34,604 bases of DNA from Rotaria sp. (taxonomy: Eukaryota): assembly GCA_905330235.1 (NCBI GenBank), contig CAJNUA010000005.1, forward strand, positions 400,093 to 434,696, written 5' to 3'. Each line of letters starts with the position of its first letter. Positions within the stretch are counted from its first letter, which is position 1. Positions 21,901 through 33,756 of the stretch are shown here, one piece after another. The notes beneath the pieces are model-generated. The model worked only from the letters and a program-made list of their open reading frames with translations. It ran no database searches and was not told the DNA's origin. A program made the translations under genes and the position numbers.

Positions 21901-24900
21901 CTGATTTCATTGAAGAATTATCTTGTTCAAGATTAATTGACGGAAGTATTGTTTGATCTTTCATTTGTAAAGCTTGTTTTGATTGCCATGAAGCTACTTT
22001 AGCTGGCAAACGAAATATAATATCATTACTTTCAATAGATAATTCAGCAACATATGTGATTTTAATAATCACTTCACAATTAGCTGGTAAATTACCAACC
22101 GATACACTGAATACTTCAGGTTGTTCTTGATGCATTAAATATGCGCCATGACCTTTTTCAATAGCTTCACGATATTCACGTTTAGCTTGTTCTTTTTCTT
22201 TAACAACACCTTTAATTATTTTATTATTAATATGAGCTTCAAAACCACAAACCGAAGAATTTTCATCCAGAGGAAATACATATTTTGCTTCAATTGGTAC
22301 TGAACTTGAATTATGATAAACTTGATAAAGAACAACCTAAAATAATTTATAAAAGGTGTTTTGTTTTTACAGAAAAGAAAATTATTTAATTTACTTCAGC
22401 AGTAACATCAACAAGTTGTGCACGAATATGAAAAGCTTTCAGTGGAACAAGTTCACCTGACGATGGACAAACTAAACCATAGTCTTGTTCTGCTACTTGA
22501 ATTACTTCATCTTCGATTGTTGAAGGAATATCTACTGAAATAAATATATACATGTATGATAACTACTTTATCGACTGCAATACTAACGAAGGAACGCTTC
22601 TAAGTGTCAAATCGTTTTTGAATCGGGACGACGTGGATCATATAGGCTCTAATCCACTATGAATACTCTGAAAAGAGTTCAGACTAACAGCTTATTACAA
22701 CTGAGATATTGTATTTTTTAGTAGAATTCCGTGATCGCTCTTAGAAATACTAGAAAAACTAAGTTTTGAATTTTGATTTGAAACTTTACATGAAAACAAG
22801 CCCTAATGAGAATAGTTTATTGTAAAAGTTTGAGATCTTTTGATTATTTCTATCCTAAGATACGGCTATTGTAGTAAAAGCATGTTTTTCACGCAGCTCA
22901 TATACGTCGACGTATTCCAATGTTCTTATTTCAAAATAGATGCAATCGAAAAATCTGAAACTTTCACAATAAACTATTCCCATTAAGGCTTGTCTGTGTG
23001 CAAAGTTTCAAATTGAAATTCAAAGCTCAGTTTTTCTAGTGTTCATGAGAGAGCCACAGTATTCTGCTAAGAAATTCGGTAAAAATATAGTATCTCGACA
23101 GCAATTAGCTTTTAGTCCAAATTCTTTTTCAGGTATTTGTATCTCATTAGAGCCTACACGATACACCTATTCTCGATTCAAAAGCAGTTTGACAGTTATA
23201 AACGTTCCTTCATTAGTTTAAATCATTTTCTTTATAATATTGCTGGAGATTGCTCAATCGAAAATATATAAATGGTTAATGAATTACAGAGATATTGACC
23301 AGAAGTTGCTCTTGTAACGTTATATCTAACCGTGACCCATTTATCAAAGAGTCACTGTATGAGAGTCACGCATCGATTCTACTGAACTGAAAATTTCAAA
23401 CTTTTGTTCACATTTGCGCATAGGCCTAACTGTAGTTTTTAAGAGAAAATATGTGAAGGAATTCTATCGCGCTAATCTAAAGAAAAGTTATCTACATGAT
23501 GAAGTGCTCTAAAGCCACTCTATACACCTTTGTAACAGACTTTTTTCAGACCAGTACGTTGAAACTGTTTGAAACATTTTTCTCCGAAGACTAATCACGT
23601 AAATTTATCTGGATACGTAAGCAAATGTTTGAGATCTTCAATTGAGCTGAAGCATTCATGAGTCTCATTTCATAATTCATGTCAACTGTTTATAGAGAAG
23701 TTGAACGGTTACCGATATTTATTTAAAATACCAGATATATTTGAACTTATTCTATTAATAGTATATAATACATCTTCATTGCATCAAAAGGGAGCTATAT
23801 TTCTGAAGAGTCAGTCTTTACTCTCAGCTGATCTCCATCTTTATGTGTCGTTCTTGTTATCACCTTCAACTAATTATCTGCCTTCAACTTAGTTTCTTTC
23901 ATTTGGTAGTAACATAAGTAATGAGATTTAGAGAAAAATCTAAGAAATCCCTAAAAAAACTACTCTTGGAAGCTGTTACTATGAGGATGACAAACGTCTT
24001 ATCTAGGGATCAATATATTACGATAAAGATTTATCGAAGAGAATCGACACGAAATTAAGACGAAATATGAATGCTGTTATATATTATGACTTATCTGTGA
24101 TTTGGTTAGAAAAACCTGATTACCTTCATCTGACAGTGATTTTGACTGATTTGTTACAGAATCACGAATAATAGGTACTAATTTTGGTGATTGATCCGTA
24201 TTGTCATATGGTATCCATGAAAGTTCAACAAGATAAAGTAATCGTTGTTGATCAAGATTATAAATAGCATATTCATCATCCTAAATAAACATTATAATAG
24301 AAATCTGATCGAAAACATGACTTATTCCTTACAATAAACTTTGAATTATTTTCATCATTTTTTTTTACTCCATGTGTACTATGAAAATTTTCAGGCGGCT
24401 GTGTTAAATTTGGTGAATATGAATAGAATGTAGCAGAATCTCCTAATGCTACTTGAGATATACATAATAATCGTCTACCAGGACGTGTTATACTTGGTGT
24501 TGTATATTTTAATGATGTTGAAACTGAATCAGAAAAATAAAGTCCATATCCTAAGCACCCAATATCAGTACGTGCAACTCCTAAATCATTAGCAACTACT
24601 TTTGGCATAAGAAGACCACTAAAAAGAAAATTAAAAAAAAATTGAATATAAAATTAAAAAGGACGATTGTTTTGTTTTGGATCGATTTACCGTGATAAAA
24701 TACCAAGAAAATTATTATATTTTGATCCATGAAAAAGTTGTTTTTGATTATACAGTGTTGAACAAAAATTCAATGCATCTGTTTGTTTAGCTACACTATA
24801 TATTTGATGAATAATTACTTGTTCATTTCTGCAAAAATATAAAATTTTTGATTTTATTTTGGTAATTACAAACAACAACAAAATACGAACACATTCGTTG

Positions 24901-26464
24901 ATGAAGAAATCATATTACTAATTGTTCCATATTCATGCGTATCATTTTTTATGGCTTCTATATGGCATTTCAATGCTCGATATTTTGCTTCGATTGATGC
25001 TTTTATATTCCAATTTGTTAATTCATTTACAGTAATCATATCGCGTAGCATCTAAATTGTGAAAAAGAAAGACTAGAAAAAGAAAAAAAAAGATGAAAAT
25101 AGAATTTCTACCTGACATAAGTCTAATTTATCAATTAATGCACGACGATTATTAACAAGATCGACAACAAATGATTTTTGATGAGGAATAAGTGAATAGA
25201 AACGAGTTTCTGCTTCTGATGATGATTTACTATCAGATTTGATATCAAGTAAAGCAGCTTCTGCTTCAATAATCTAATAACAATATGAAAAAAAACAATA
25301 AACAAATTGTTTTTTATATATGTTTCTTCCTACTGTTTTAAGAGCAATTGCCTCTGGTTGTACAGAAAGTATTTTATTTAAATCGCCAATTGATTCAATC
25401 CAAAGAGATTCAACTAACTGACAAACATTATCGTCAAGCATTTGTGTATCGATTCGATGAAGAAATAGTGACTATAGATTAATAGAAATTTTTTCTCGAG
25501 CAAAAAAGGATTTTATGTTTATCTTACACGTAATAATAATTTAGAACTTAATTTATCAGGTAATAAATCACGAATTCGTATTATTCGTGGCATTGTTGCA
25601 ATACGATTATAATATGAAGCATATAATTGATGTAATTCACTAATATCATTACTAAATGCATATTGAATTAAAGTTATTTTACCTTTTGAAGTTGTTATTG
25701 TTTGTTTTTCATAACGAAATCTTAATTGGTAATCATTGCTTATTTGATTATTATATTCTTCTGGAATAATTTGAAGTTCAAGAGAAAAATAAACATCAGA
25801 ATTTTCATTTGTTTCCTATTTTACAAGAAAATAAATAAACAATAAATTTATTTCTCAACAAATACGTATTTACTTTAAAAATTGCCCATTTGCCAATTTC
25901 AGCATGTGTCAATTCATCAAATCGTGGTATTTCAACATCGTCAGAATTCCAAATTTTTATTTTTGATAAATCTAACTTGACAGGTTTTATTGTACTACTT
26001 GAAGGATTTCCTCCACCTATGAGAGAGAAAAAAGATAGTAATCATTTATGTTTCAATGAAATCAGTTTATTAACCTGTAACAGGTATAGTACCACTTTTT
26101 GAAAAATTTTCTTTATCTTCTGCTGACGTTACAATAAATCGTTTAATATCAATAGATGCAGTTTCATTAGACGATTTACGATATTCATAAATATATTCAA
26201 CATTTACTAATGGTATACCAAGCTGTTTAGCTCGACGAGTTTTATATGTATCAATATCATTGGAAACCAAAACATAATCAGTCTAGGGAAAAATTAATTT
26301 AATTATATTTAAATATAATATTAATCAAAACATACACTAGCTGTCAAAATATATGAGATACGAGCGTTTTGTTCATGTAAATAGTTAATAAGTTCTTGTT
26401 TAGCTTTGAAACGAATATCTCGACCAAGCTCAAGTACAAATGTTTTACCACATAATGGTAACAT
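18981..26464 (-). CDS. PARP4: Vault poly(ADP-ribose) polymerase (PARP4/vPARP-like), complete 19-exon CDS, ~1645 aa: complement(join(18981..19120,19181..19627,19689..19773,19823..19997,20049..20145,20201..21269,21328..21395,21451..22336,22395..22534,24124..24280,24333..24618,24691..24828,24870..25051,25112..25273,25334..25471,25528..25815,25874..26016,26075..26282,26336..26464))
   Basis: The domain order matches human PARP4: BRCT (MLPLCGKTFVLELG...VNVEYIYEY), a WGR-like exon, the PARP regulatory helical domain (FYSLIPH...LDLCQMLRDMITV...EAKYRALKCHIEAIKNDTHEY), the PARP catalytic domain (LFHGSKYNNFLGILSRGLLMPKVVANDLGVARTDIGCLGYGLYFSDSVSTSLKYT...LLCISQVALG) and VIT (GELVPLKAF...VPIEAKYVFPLDENSSVCGFEAHINNK...EYREAIEKGHGAYLMHQEQPEVFSVSVGNLPANCEVIIKITYVAELSI). 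These match human PARP4 strings such as VPIEAKYIFPLDDKAAVCGFEAFINGK, EYLEAVTQGHGAYLMSQDAPDVFTVSVGNLPPKAKVLIKITYITELSI, FYRLIPH and LLHGSPVQNIVGILCRGLLLPKVVEDRGVQRTDVGNLGSGIYFSDSLSTSIKYS. A vWA domain follows (IIFIIDVSNSMDG..., ...RLFTCSIGDTSNKHNLRQLANEMNGGG...) and then the conserved segment LHCLTARAIIQDYENGLLHNDE...FTSFVAIEERD (human: IHKLAARALIRDYEDGILHENE...FTSFVAVEKRDE). All 18 introns are GT..AG. Their phases sum to 4938 nt, exactly 1646 codons. Seventeen introns are 41-72 nt and one (22535..24123) is ~1.6 kb. The last two exons (3' of 19181) are the least certain. Confidence 0.85.
22535..24123 (-). other. Long (~1.59 kb) phase-1 intron of the PARP4 gene, lying between the catalytic-domain exon and the first VIT exon and carrying a nested foldback element
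   Basis: The donor gaa g|gtaatc at 24123 and the acceptor tatttcag|ta at 22535 give the in-frame junction ...SLSDE|VDIPSTIEDEVIQVAEQDYGLVCPSSGELVPLK. This reproduces the human PARP4 linker between the catalytic domain and VIT. The interval has no long ORFs and contains inverted repeats. Confidence 0.75.
22725..23065. mobile_element. Foldback / MITE-like element inside the PARP4 long intron, with arms 22725..22816 and 22981..23065 (~80% identical over ~85 bp, inverted)
   Basis: The reverse complement of 22725-22816 (cattagggcttgttttcatgtaaagtttcaaatcaaaattcaaaacttagtttttctagtatttctaagagcgatcac) matches 22981-23065 (cattaaggcttgtctgtgtgcaaagtttcaaattgaaattcaaagctcagtttttctagtgttcatgagagagccac). 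The arm sequence is related to the arms of the 10355..10656 element (gcaaagttt..a..ttcgaa/caaa...tttctac). Confidence 0.65.
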
Positions 26465-26912
26465 AGACGAGAATACTGTCAAATGAAGACTACAGTAATG
26501 GTAAAGAGTGAATGTGCCTTGTATAGGTTATTTTTTTGTCAACGATTGAGAGGAAAAAAAACCTTACACGTAACATTCGATGATTCATACGCTATACGAT
26601 AACGTGCGCCAACAGAGAAAGGCAAGCAAAGACTATTGCATATTTTTTTTTTATTGTTCTTTCACCAGATGTCAGAATACTGTTCTTGCACAAGTCAATG
26701 AAATTTTTTCGTTTATAATCTGCGGGTTTTTTATTATATGCTGAGATATATTATTTATAATAATAAACAAGAAAGTAAACAAAATAAAAAAAAAAATACA
26801 AATAAAAAAAAATGAAAAAATACATTCGTTTAATTAGTAGCATTCTCTCTTACTGTTCACTTGCACTGATAGTAATTCAAGATGAAATTCGTTCTTGATC
26901 AATATTAATTTC

Positions 26913-28613
26913 ATCAATTACTACTGAATACATAGGCCGGATATCTTTCAGCATTATAAATACGACTTATTTGTAGCAACATATATCCAATTTCTGGATC
27001 ATTTAAATAAGTTGTGATTGTACTGGGATCTTCATATAAATGAAGCATAACTAAATTAAAAATTTTCATTAAAATAATACGAATTATTAAAAATAAAAAA
27101 TCTACCTAAAAATATCCTTGGTTTATTAAGTGCTCGTTGAACAATTGAGTTTTCCATAATAGCTTGAAACATACTTGAATTTAGATCAAGACTTTGTTCA
27201 TTAATAGCACCAATAATATTTTTTTGTTCTTCATCAACAATAAGATATTCACACTAAAAAAATTTACAGATAAATATCAGTGAAAAATAAGAATTTTTTT
27301 CATACAGCTAAACTTTCATTATTATGATATATTCGTAAAGCATTTATTATATCATCATGATTGAAACCCATTTCTTTTAATGATTGAATGGCCTATTTAA
27401 AAAAAAAAAACGAAAGGATTTTTTTCAATTAAGCATAATTGTCTTTTACTGAGGGATTTGGTTGAAAACATTGCTTTCGAAATTGTCGAAATGGTATAAA
27501 TGGACCGTAACGTGAATAGATGGATTTTGTTTGATTCAAGTTTTTCGATCCTTTCTCATCATGATCAGTATCTTCTTGGCTTGAAAGTAATTTCATAGCA
27601 GCATTTAAATCATACCTTAGAAAAAAACGTATTGAAATTATATAAAAATAATTTTCTTCTGTAATTTTTTTCTAACTTCGTTCGTTCAAGTGCTTGTTGT
27701 GCTTGCTGTTCAGTAAAGCCCATATGAACTAGTTTCTCGACTTGATTTGGATGTATCTCTGTATGGTTTGATTCTGTTCTCGATGATCTTGAAAGAATTT
27801 CTATGGAATACAACAAGTGAGAAAAAAACAAACGAATTTTAATTAAGAAAACAATATACCTTCAGCTTCCTTAAAGATATGTTCAGCATCTGGACAATAC
27901 CAAAGTAATTTATGTGATGCCTCAACCAATGTAAATAGTACACGACTAAGATCAGTACGAAACTAAATATTATGAATTTATTTTTTTCTTTGGGAGGAGG
28001 GAGGGGTACAATTAAGAATTGAATATTACTTCTGTTCTTCCCGCTAAACGTTGAGATTGAGAAAGTGAATGTGTAGGTAATGGAAGAGCTTGTGTTCGAT
28101 ATTCGATTAAATCCTGATTTATAGAAGAACGTTCGAATGTCTATATAGTCAAATATATATAGATTTTGAAGGATGCAGTTCTGTCGTTATACTTGTTTAG
28201 CTTGCAATGATTGTGGAGGAACTTTTGTTGTTAGAAGATATTCATCTAGAAAAAAATTTTCATGAAGAATAAATCAATATTTCTTGACGAATAATCTAAC
28301 CTCCATCTTTAACACATTCTTGACCTAGCGTTTTCTGTTCGTCCATAATTTTTCTTGTTTCAATCGATATTAATATATAATTATCCATTTCATTCATTCG
28401 CATGTCACGCATTGAATGATCATAACTCGATAAATGGCCATTACTATTCCTTAATAAAAATCCCTTAGCTAAATATTTAACATATGCAAATGTTGTGTTC
28501 TCAACCGGAAATATATCTTGAAACATTGCACCAGTTTTTGACCAAATTTTTAGCATAACATGTTTTGATTGATTATCACGAATATCGAATATTGCACTTG
28601 CTGTTTCTGTCAT
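26913..28613 (-). CDS. Double-UBA-domain protein with a C-terminal STI1/DP-like motif (ubiquilin/NUB1-like architecture), multi-exon (~11 exons). Confidently placed exons include 28301..28613 (exon 1) and 27677..27800 (UBA1); the stop codon is near 26913
   Basis: The exons splice in frame. UBA1 reads ...HPNQVEKLVHMGFTEQQAQQALERTK and UBA2 reads AIQSLKEMGFNHDDIINALRIYHNNESLA. The C-terminal exons encode ...SMFQAIMENSIVQRALNKPRIFL|VMLHLYEDPSTITTYLNDPEIGYMLLQISRIYNAERYPAYVFSSN*, which is DP/STI1-like. The N-terminal exon starts MTETASAIFDIRDNQSKHVMLKIW... and may be a UBL-like fold, but this is weak. The intermediate exon boundaries were traced but not all were indexed precisely. Confidence 0.55.
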
Positions 28614-29984
28614 TTTATTAACAAAAAAAGCAAAATCTAGAAAAAATGAACCAAAAATTTTTTTTGTTTTTGCTTTTTGTCTGTTGCATTCGAAAGAAAT
28701 ACGAAAAGAAAACTTTGTTACAACAGAAACACACAAAAAAAGAAAAGAAGAAGACATTTTCTCTCATTTCGGCCTTATACATATATCTGTAAGTTGAGAG
28801 AACAAGGGTAACAAGAGCACACAAACACACACAAACAAATAAACGAAAAAAAAAGAAGAAAAGAGAGACAAATACGAAATGAACATTTTCGATTTTTTTT
28901 TCTTGTTTTATTTTCAAAATACATATCAGTGTTTAAGTTTATAATAGGAATTAAACTAGACAAAAGATAGAGTCAATGTATACAAGTTGAACGATATACT
29001 CACATAAACATATAGAAAAAAAACTTATTTACAGAGACAAACTACAGTGATCATCAATTACATGTGGAGAAGTATATGCGAACTGTGTAAAAAAAAAACA
29101 AAAAAAAAGAACAACAAAAGCATTATTTTGTTTGTCTCTCTTCCTTTTTCTCTCTTTTCATTGTATGTTTACGATAATGATTAATTTAGATTAAGATACT
29201 GCCCATTTTCTTTAAGCCAATCAACAGCACATGCTTTTACATGCGCCGTTATTCCTTGACATTTGAGTGATTTTCGACATTGAACATTTGGCTAAAGAAA
29301 ACAATTCATTGCATTCAAAAACTTCACTAATTCTCAATTTATTTTTGAGTAAGTTCAGATGGACTTATATAAAATAGGACAGTTCTGTAGATTAGTTTTA
29401 GTGAAGAACAATTCTTTTCAACGTATCGCATTTCAAACGATATAACCTAAGCTGACTGAAATTCGAATGAACATAATCTATAAAATTCATTTTATGCTGA
29501 GTTCAAGTTTTTGCAATGTTTTCATAGAAAATATGCTGTTGCATAGGTATACAATGTTCATTTACTCTTTTTCGAATTCAATTTTAAATGAATAAATTAT
29601 AGACAACGTGAGAAAATATTTCTAAAAAGCGAAAGGCTAATTTTTTCCAGGAAATCAAAAAGAAACCAATTCTTGACGATGATTATTTATTAGTTCATTT
29701 CTCATCAAAATTCTAAATTTGTTTTTACTAAAGAAGTAAATTGAACAATTTTCAGATAGATTTTTTTTATTGAGAAAGTCATAATCATTTTGCTGTCTTG
29801 ACAATCTTGAACTTAATACAACACAATCGAAAATTTTTTCCATTCTTTAATCTTAAAACGAATAAGATTTGCTAAAAATTGCTCAGGAAAGACTTCGAAT
29901 TGAATATCCTTCAAATCGAGTTTTGAAACTAAAATAAATCTCTGATTTGAAATTTGTATATTGAATTAATTTTTTCATACTTAC

Positions 29985-30923
29985 ACATTCATATTCTCCT
30001 TCAGCGTTTTTCATTAGTAAAGTCACAATTTTATTTTTACCACTTCGTCGTTTTTTAACTGCATTGACTGCTAGTTGCTGTGATGATCGATCTTGATGAT
30101 GTGAATTTGTTTGATGATGATTACCATGTCCAGTACTTGTATGATGTTGTTGATGATGTGATGGAAGTTTATTGGGATTAGTTGTACCACTACCATTTTG
30201 TTGTGCAGTTAAATTATGATGTGCAAGATGATGATTTGTTGCACCAGCAGCAAGTGCAGCAGCAGCAGCTGCTGCTGTTGATGCTGCTGCAGCTTGTTGT
30301 TGTGTTGTTTGACTAATATAACCACATTGATGTTGTATAAGTGCTGCTTGTGACATAGAAATTTTTCCAACTGTAGCCCATCTCTCAAGTAATTCACATA
30401 GTGTACGCTGTTTTTCATCTAGTACTTGTGCTGTTGTTGATGTTGGTTGTTGTTGAGACGTTGTCAATAATGCACGAATATTTGCTTTGACTATATTCGT
30501 TTCTATTGATACCAAAAAAGAAAAAAAATTAACTAAGAAAAGAAAAGCTAAATGTTCTTTTTACCATTAATTAATTGTTCAATTTCATATCGTAATAAAT
30601 TTTCATGTTCATGTATATGATCAATACAAAGTAATAAATGACAATGTGGACCTAATATTGAAGCAGAAAAAAAATATATTGAAATTAAATAAATTCAAAT
30701 AGAAAATCTTACAAGAAACATAAAGATTTCTTGAACACGTTAATAAACCATTTTCATTTCTATGTTGACATTTAACGGATATTGTTTGGCATATACCAGA
30801 AAAATAAAGTGACGATGCTTGATCATCAGCTGTTTGTTGTGTTGCAGCCATATGTGTGCCGGCTGCCATTTTATTCGAAGAAACAAAAGAGTAAAATTTT
30901 GAAGTTCTTTCTTTGTAAACCAA
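29985..30923 (-). CDS. Gln/His/Ala-rich low-complexity protein with an N-terminal Cys/His cluster. Three exons placed: complement(join(29985..30502,30565..30651,30713..30923)). The 3' terminal exon is unresolved (candidate 29235..29291)
   Basis: The spliced product is MAAGTHMAATQQTADDQASSLYFSGICQTISVKCQHRNENGLLTCSRNLYVS|CPHCHLLLCIDHIHEHENLLRYEIEQLING|ETNIVKANIRALL...LCELLERWATVGKISMSQAALIQHQCGYISQTTQQQAAAAS...HHQQHHTSTGHGNHHQTNSHHQDRSSQQ...KKRRSGKNKIVTLLMKNAEGEYEC|. Donors are gtaaga, gtaaaa and gtaagt. No confident family assignment could be made. Confidence 0.45.
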
Positions 30924-33756
30924 CTTTGAATTTGAATTAATTAAAATGCAAAAAAAAAGAAATAAAATTAATAATAAATGTTGATCTTGTTTTTTTTTTT
31001 GGTTTTGGTATTATTTAATTGGAAATATAAACAAGAAAATAAAATGGCAGCGTTCAATTAGACTTGACAAGAGAATCTAAAGAGAATAAACAATAATCGT
31101 AATTGACGATCTTTTGACAAAAGAAATTCCAGCTGATCCAACTTCATTATCCATACTTTACATTGGAAATGTTGAGGATCAACAGCCATCATGATTTCTG
31201 TTGACATTCATTATGTGTAGAGGTCTTTGTGCTAATTTTTTTTTTTTGATACGATATTAGCGACATCATTGATATCAACGACGATTGACATGAAATCATT
31301 TATTTATTTATTTGAAATGAAAACTAATATTATTTGAAAAAGATTAAATGCTTGGTTTAGGTTTCGAAAGAAGAATAAAATTATTTGATAGATGATGAAT
31401 CATCACTACTAGAGTGGTGGCTTTTTTGACAAAAAGATTTCGATTGGTGTTTTGTATTCAAAGTGAGTTTTTTACTGATAGTGTTAGAATTTTTGTTTTT
31501 GATATAAGGAAAATAATGCTGGATTTATTATACATAGATATTTAATGGATTGTTATTAAAAAAACAAACTATGTATGATTGCAAATAATAACAAAATACT
31601 TGACACACTGTTATTGAAATATATTTTGAATTTTCAGAAGATCGTACCGAATATGAACTTTCTAGTAACATATAAATTAATGAAGAACTTGGAATACACT
31701 TGAGTCTTGTCTATATTGTTACTTAATGTCTTCTCAACTTATTTTTAAAAGAAAATATTCAACAAAAAAAAGTCTAGAATGAATAAGAAATAGACTGGTT
31801 TCTATTAATAGAACTCACTTCTATTCAAGTTAACGAAAGTTTATGAAGACCAAATAGATCTGTATAATTTAAACATTGATGATCGTAACTTATGAATAAA
31901 AAAATCTTTGCAAAATATGTCTGTTCAATATTCCTGCATTTAGAAAAAATCTTTGATGAAGGTGCAAATCGACGTTTGTACAAATTTTTCATATTGTTTA
32001 TTTTAGTATTTTGATTAAAAATGCCTCAATCCAAACTATAAGAAAATCTTTTCATACACTAGCTTGTAGGAGGATATTTGATCTATAAAATGTCCAATTT
32101 GTTTATCTTTTTATATGTTACTACAAATGATCGAAATCTGTTCCATTTAAAATATTGAAATTTGTAAAACGAACGAGTTTGTTTGAAAAATGCTGTCTAA
32201 CTTATGGAGTTAATATTCGAAAAATGTTTATAGTTTTCTGTTCTTTTGAGTTCTAGCTTATTAGAAACCTAAACCATGATTTTATAGAAAATTAAATTCT
32301 CTATAGCAATAAAAAATCAAAACTACATCAACATACCCTTCAGAGAAGTTATAACTGATAGGAAAAAGTTTATTGGTCTTGCGAGGAAAACCCTTCAATT
32401 GAATAAATGCCTTTGATTCGAGTTTATGTGCAAGGTGTAAATTCTAATAAGCTATGATTAACTTGAAAAAAAATGATGTCACTTCTCTTGTATCTGTTGA
32501 GATATTGTAGTTTTATGGTACTTTTTAAGTCAATATCGATTATATGAACAAGTTTACCATCATTTACATTAATAACTACTATATTAAATAACACGAAATG
32601 AAAAGCAATTTTAACTGATGTTGAAAGATCCAGTTAAATCACCAGTAATATTATAACCAAAGATATGGAATACAAAGTTGTATATTCGCGTTATATATCT
32701 GACAGTCAGCTACGTACTGATTTACCGCAAGAATTTTACCAATGGTGGACAACATACTATGTTTATGATGAATCACCAGTTCAATGCGATAAAATTCGGC
32801 TAGTAACAAATACGCATTGCACGCTGAAAAGTTTCTTTATACAAGAGACCTCCACGTAACATGGAAAACACATAGACGACAGTCATTTCGATATTGTCAT
32901 CAAAATCCAAGAGAAACAAAAGATCTAAGCAAAACTTCTATAACCGTGAAATGTATTATAATGTAGCGACAATCTAGATGCATAGTTTACTGCTATCCTC
33001 GTTAATAGTGTTTATTGAATTATTTCGTATGCCCATGTTGTACTTGATTCACATAGAGCATACGCTTATATAGAAGAGAGCAAGATAGGAATGAGCACAG
33101 GAAAGAACCATAGAGATAAGATAAAGAGGTAAGAGGTAAGAAAGATCAATAGGAAGGGATATCAGTATCGGCACACATACAATTTGTACACTATTTATAG
33201 AAACCAAAATAGATATTCATCTCCAACATATACAGCGTTTTCTCTATTATCGAATATTCAATAAGTAGTCAAGCACTACTGTCTTTCATGTTAACATGAA
33301 CTCTTATCCTAGATTTATTCAACTTCAGACAATTTAATCAGCAACTGATTCAATATTAAAAGCACATCCTACTATACGAAGTCAACAAGATGAAAACAAC
33401 TTCAATTACATCCTTTATCATAGATTTACACTGTAACTGCTAAATTTCGAAACGTGTCGTATCGATGCGGTAACTTTTGCTTCTATAAGTGCACATTCAC
33501 ACCCACAGCTGGAAGTGCTTGTGGTTTCAAAACTGGCTCATGTTATTTCTTCAGAATGTATTCTTATTTCTTGATTTTGTTCCTATTATGGTGAAGCGCA
33601 TCATTCCCGTTGGAAAAGTTCACCAGAGATTGTTTAATTTGCGATTGAAAACTGTTAGTTTAGTTGAAATCAATGATAGTCTAGGGTTAGTATAAACGAA
33701 GTTCTTTCGTGTCATATTGAGAATTTAAGCAAGTTCTTTTTCAGAGTATCTATGAA

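Noticed and set aside
28618-28963. Minus-strand ORFs upstream of the UBA gene start (MKIKQEKKIEN..., MSSLIPIINL...)
   Set aside because: They are homopolymer and CA-repeat driven (FFFFFFRLFVCVCLC) and are most likely 5' UTR or promoter of the UBA gene.
32665-32859. A 64-aa plus-strand ORF (MEYKVVYSRYISDSQLRTDLPQEFYQWWTTYYVYDESPVQCDKIRLVTNTHCTLKSFFIQETST)
   Set aside because: It is isolated, with no recognisable domain, no splice partners and no promoter context. A small-protein gene is possible, but the evidence is insufficient.
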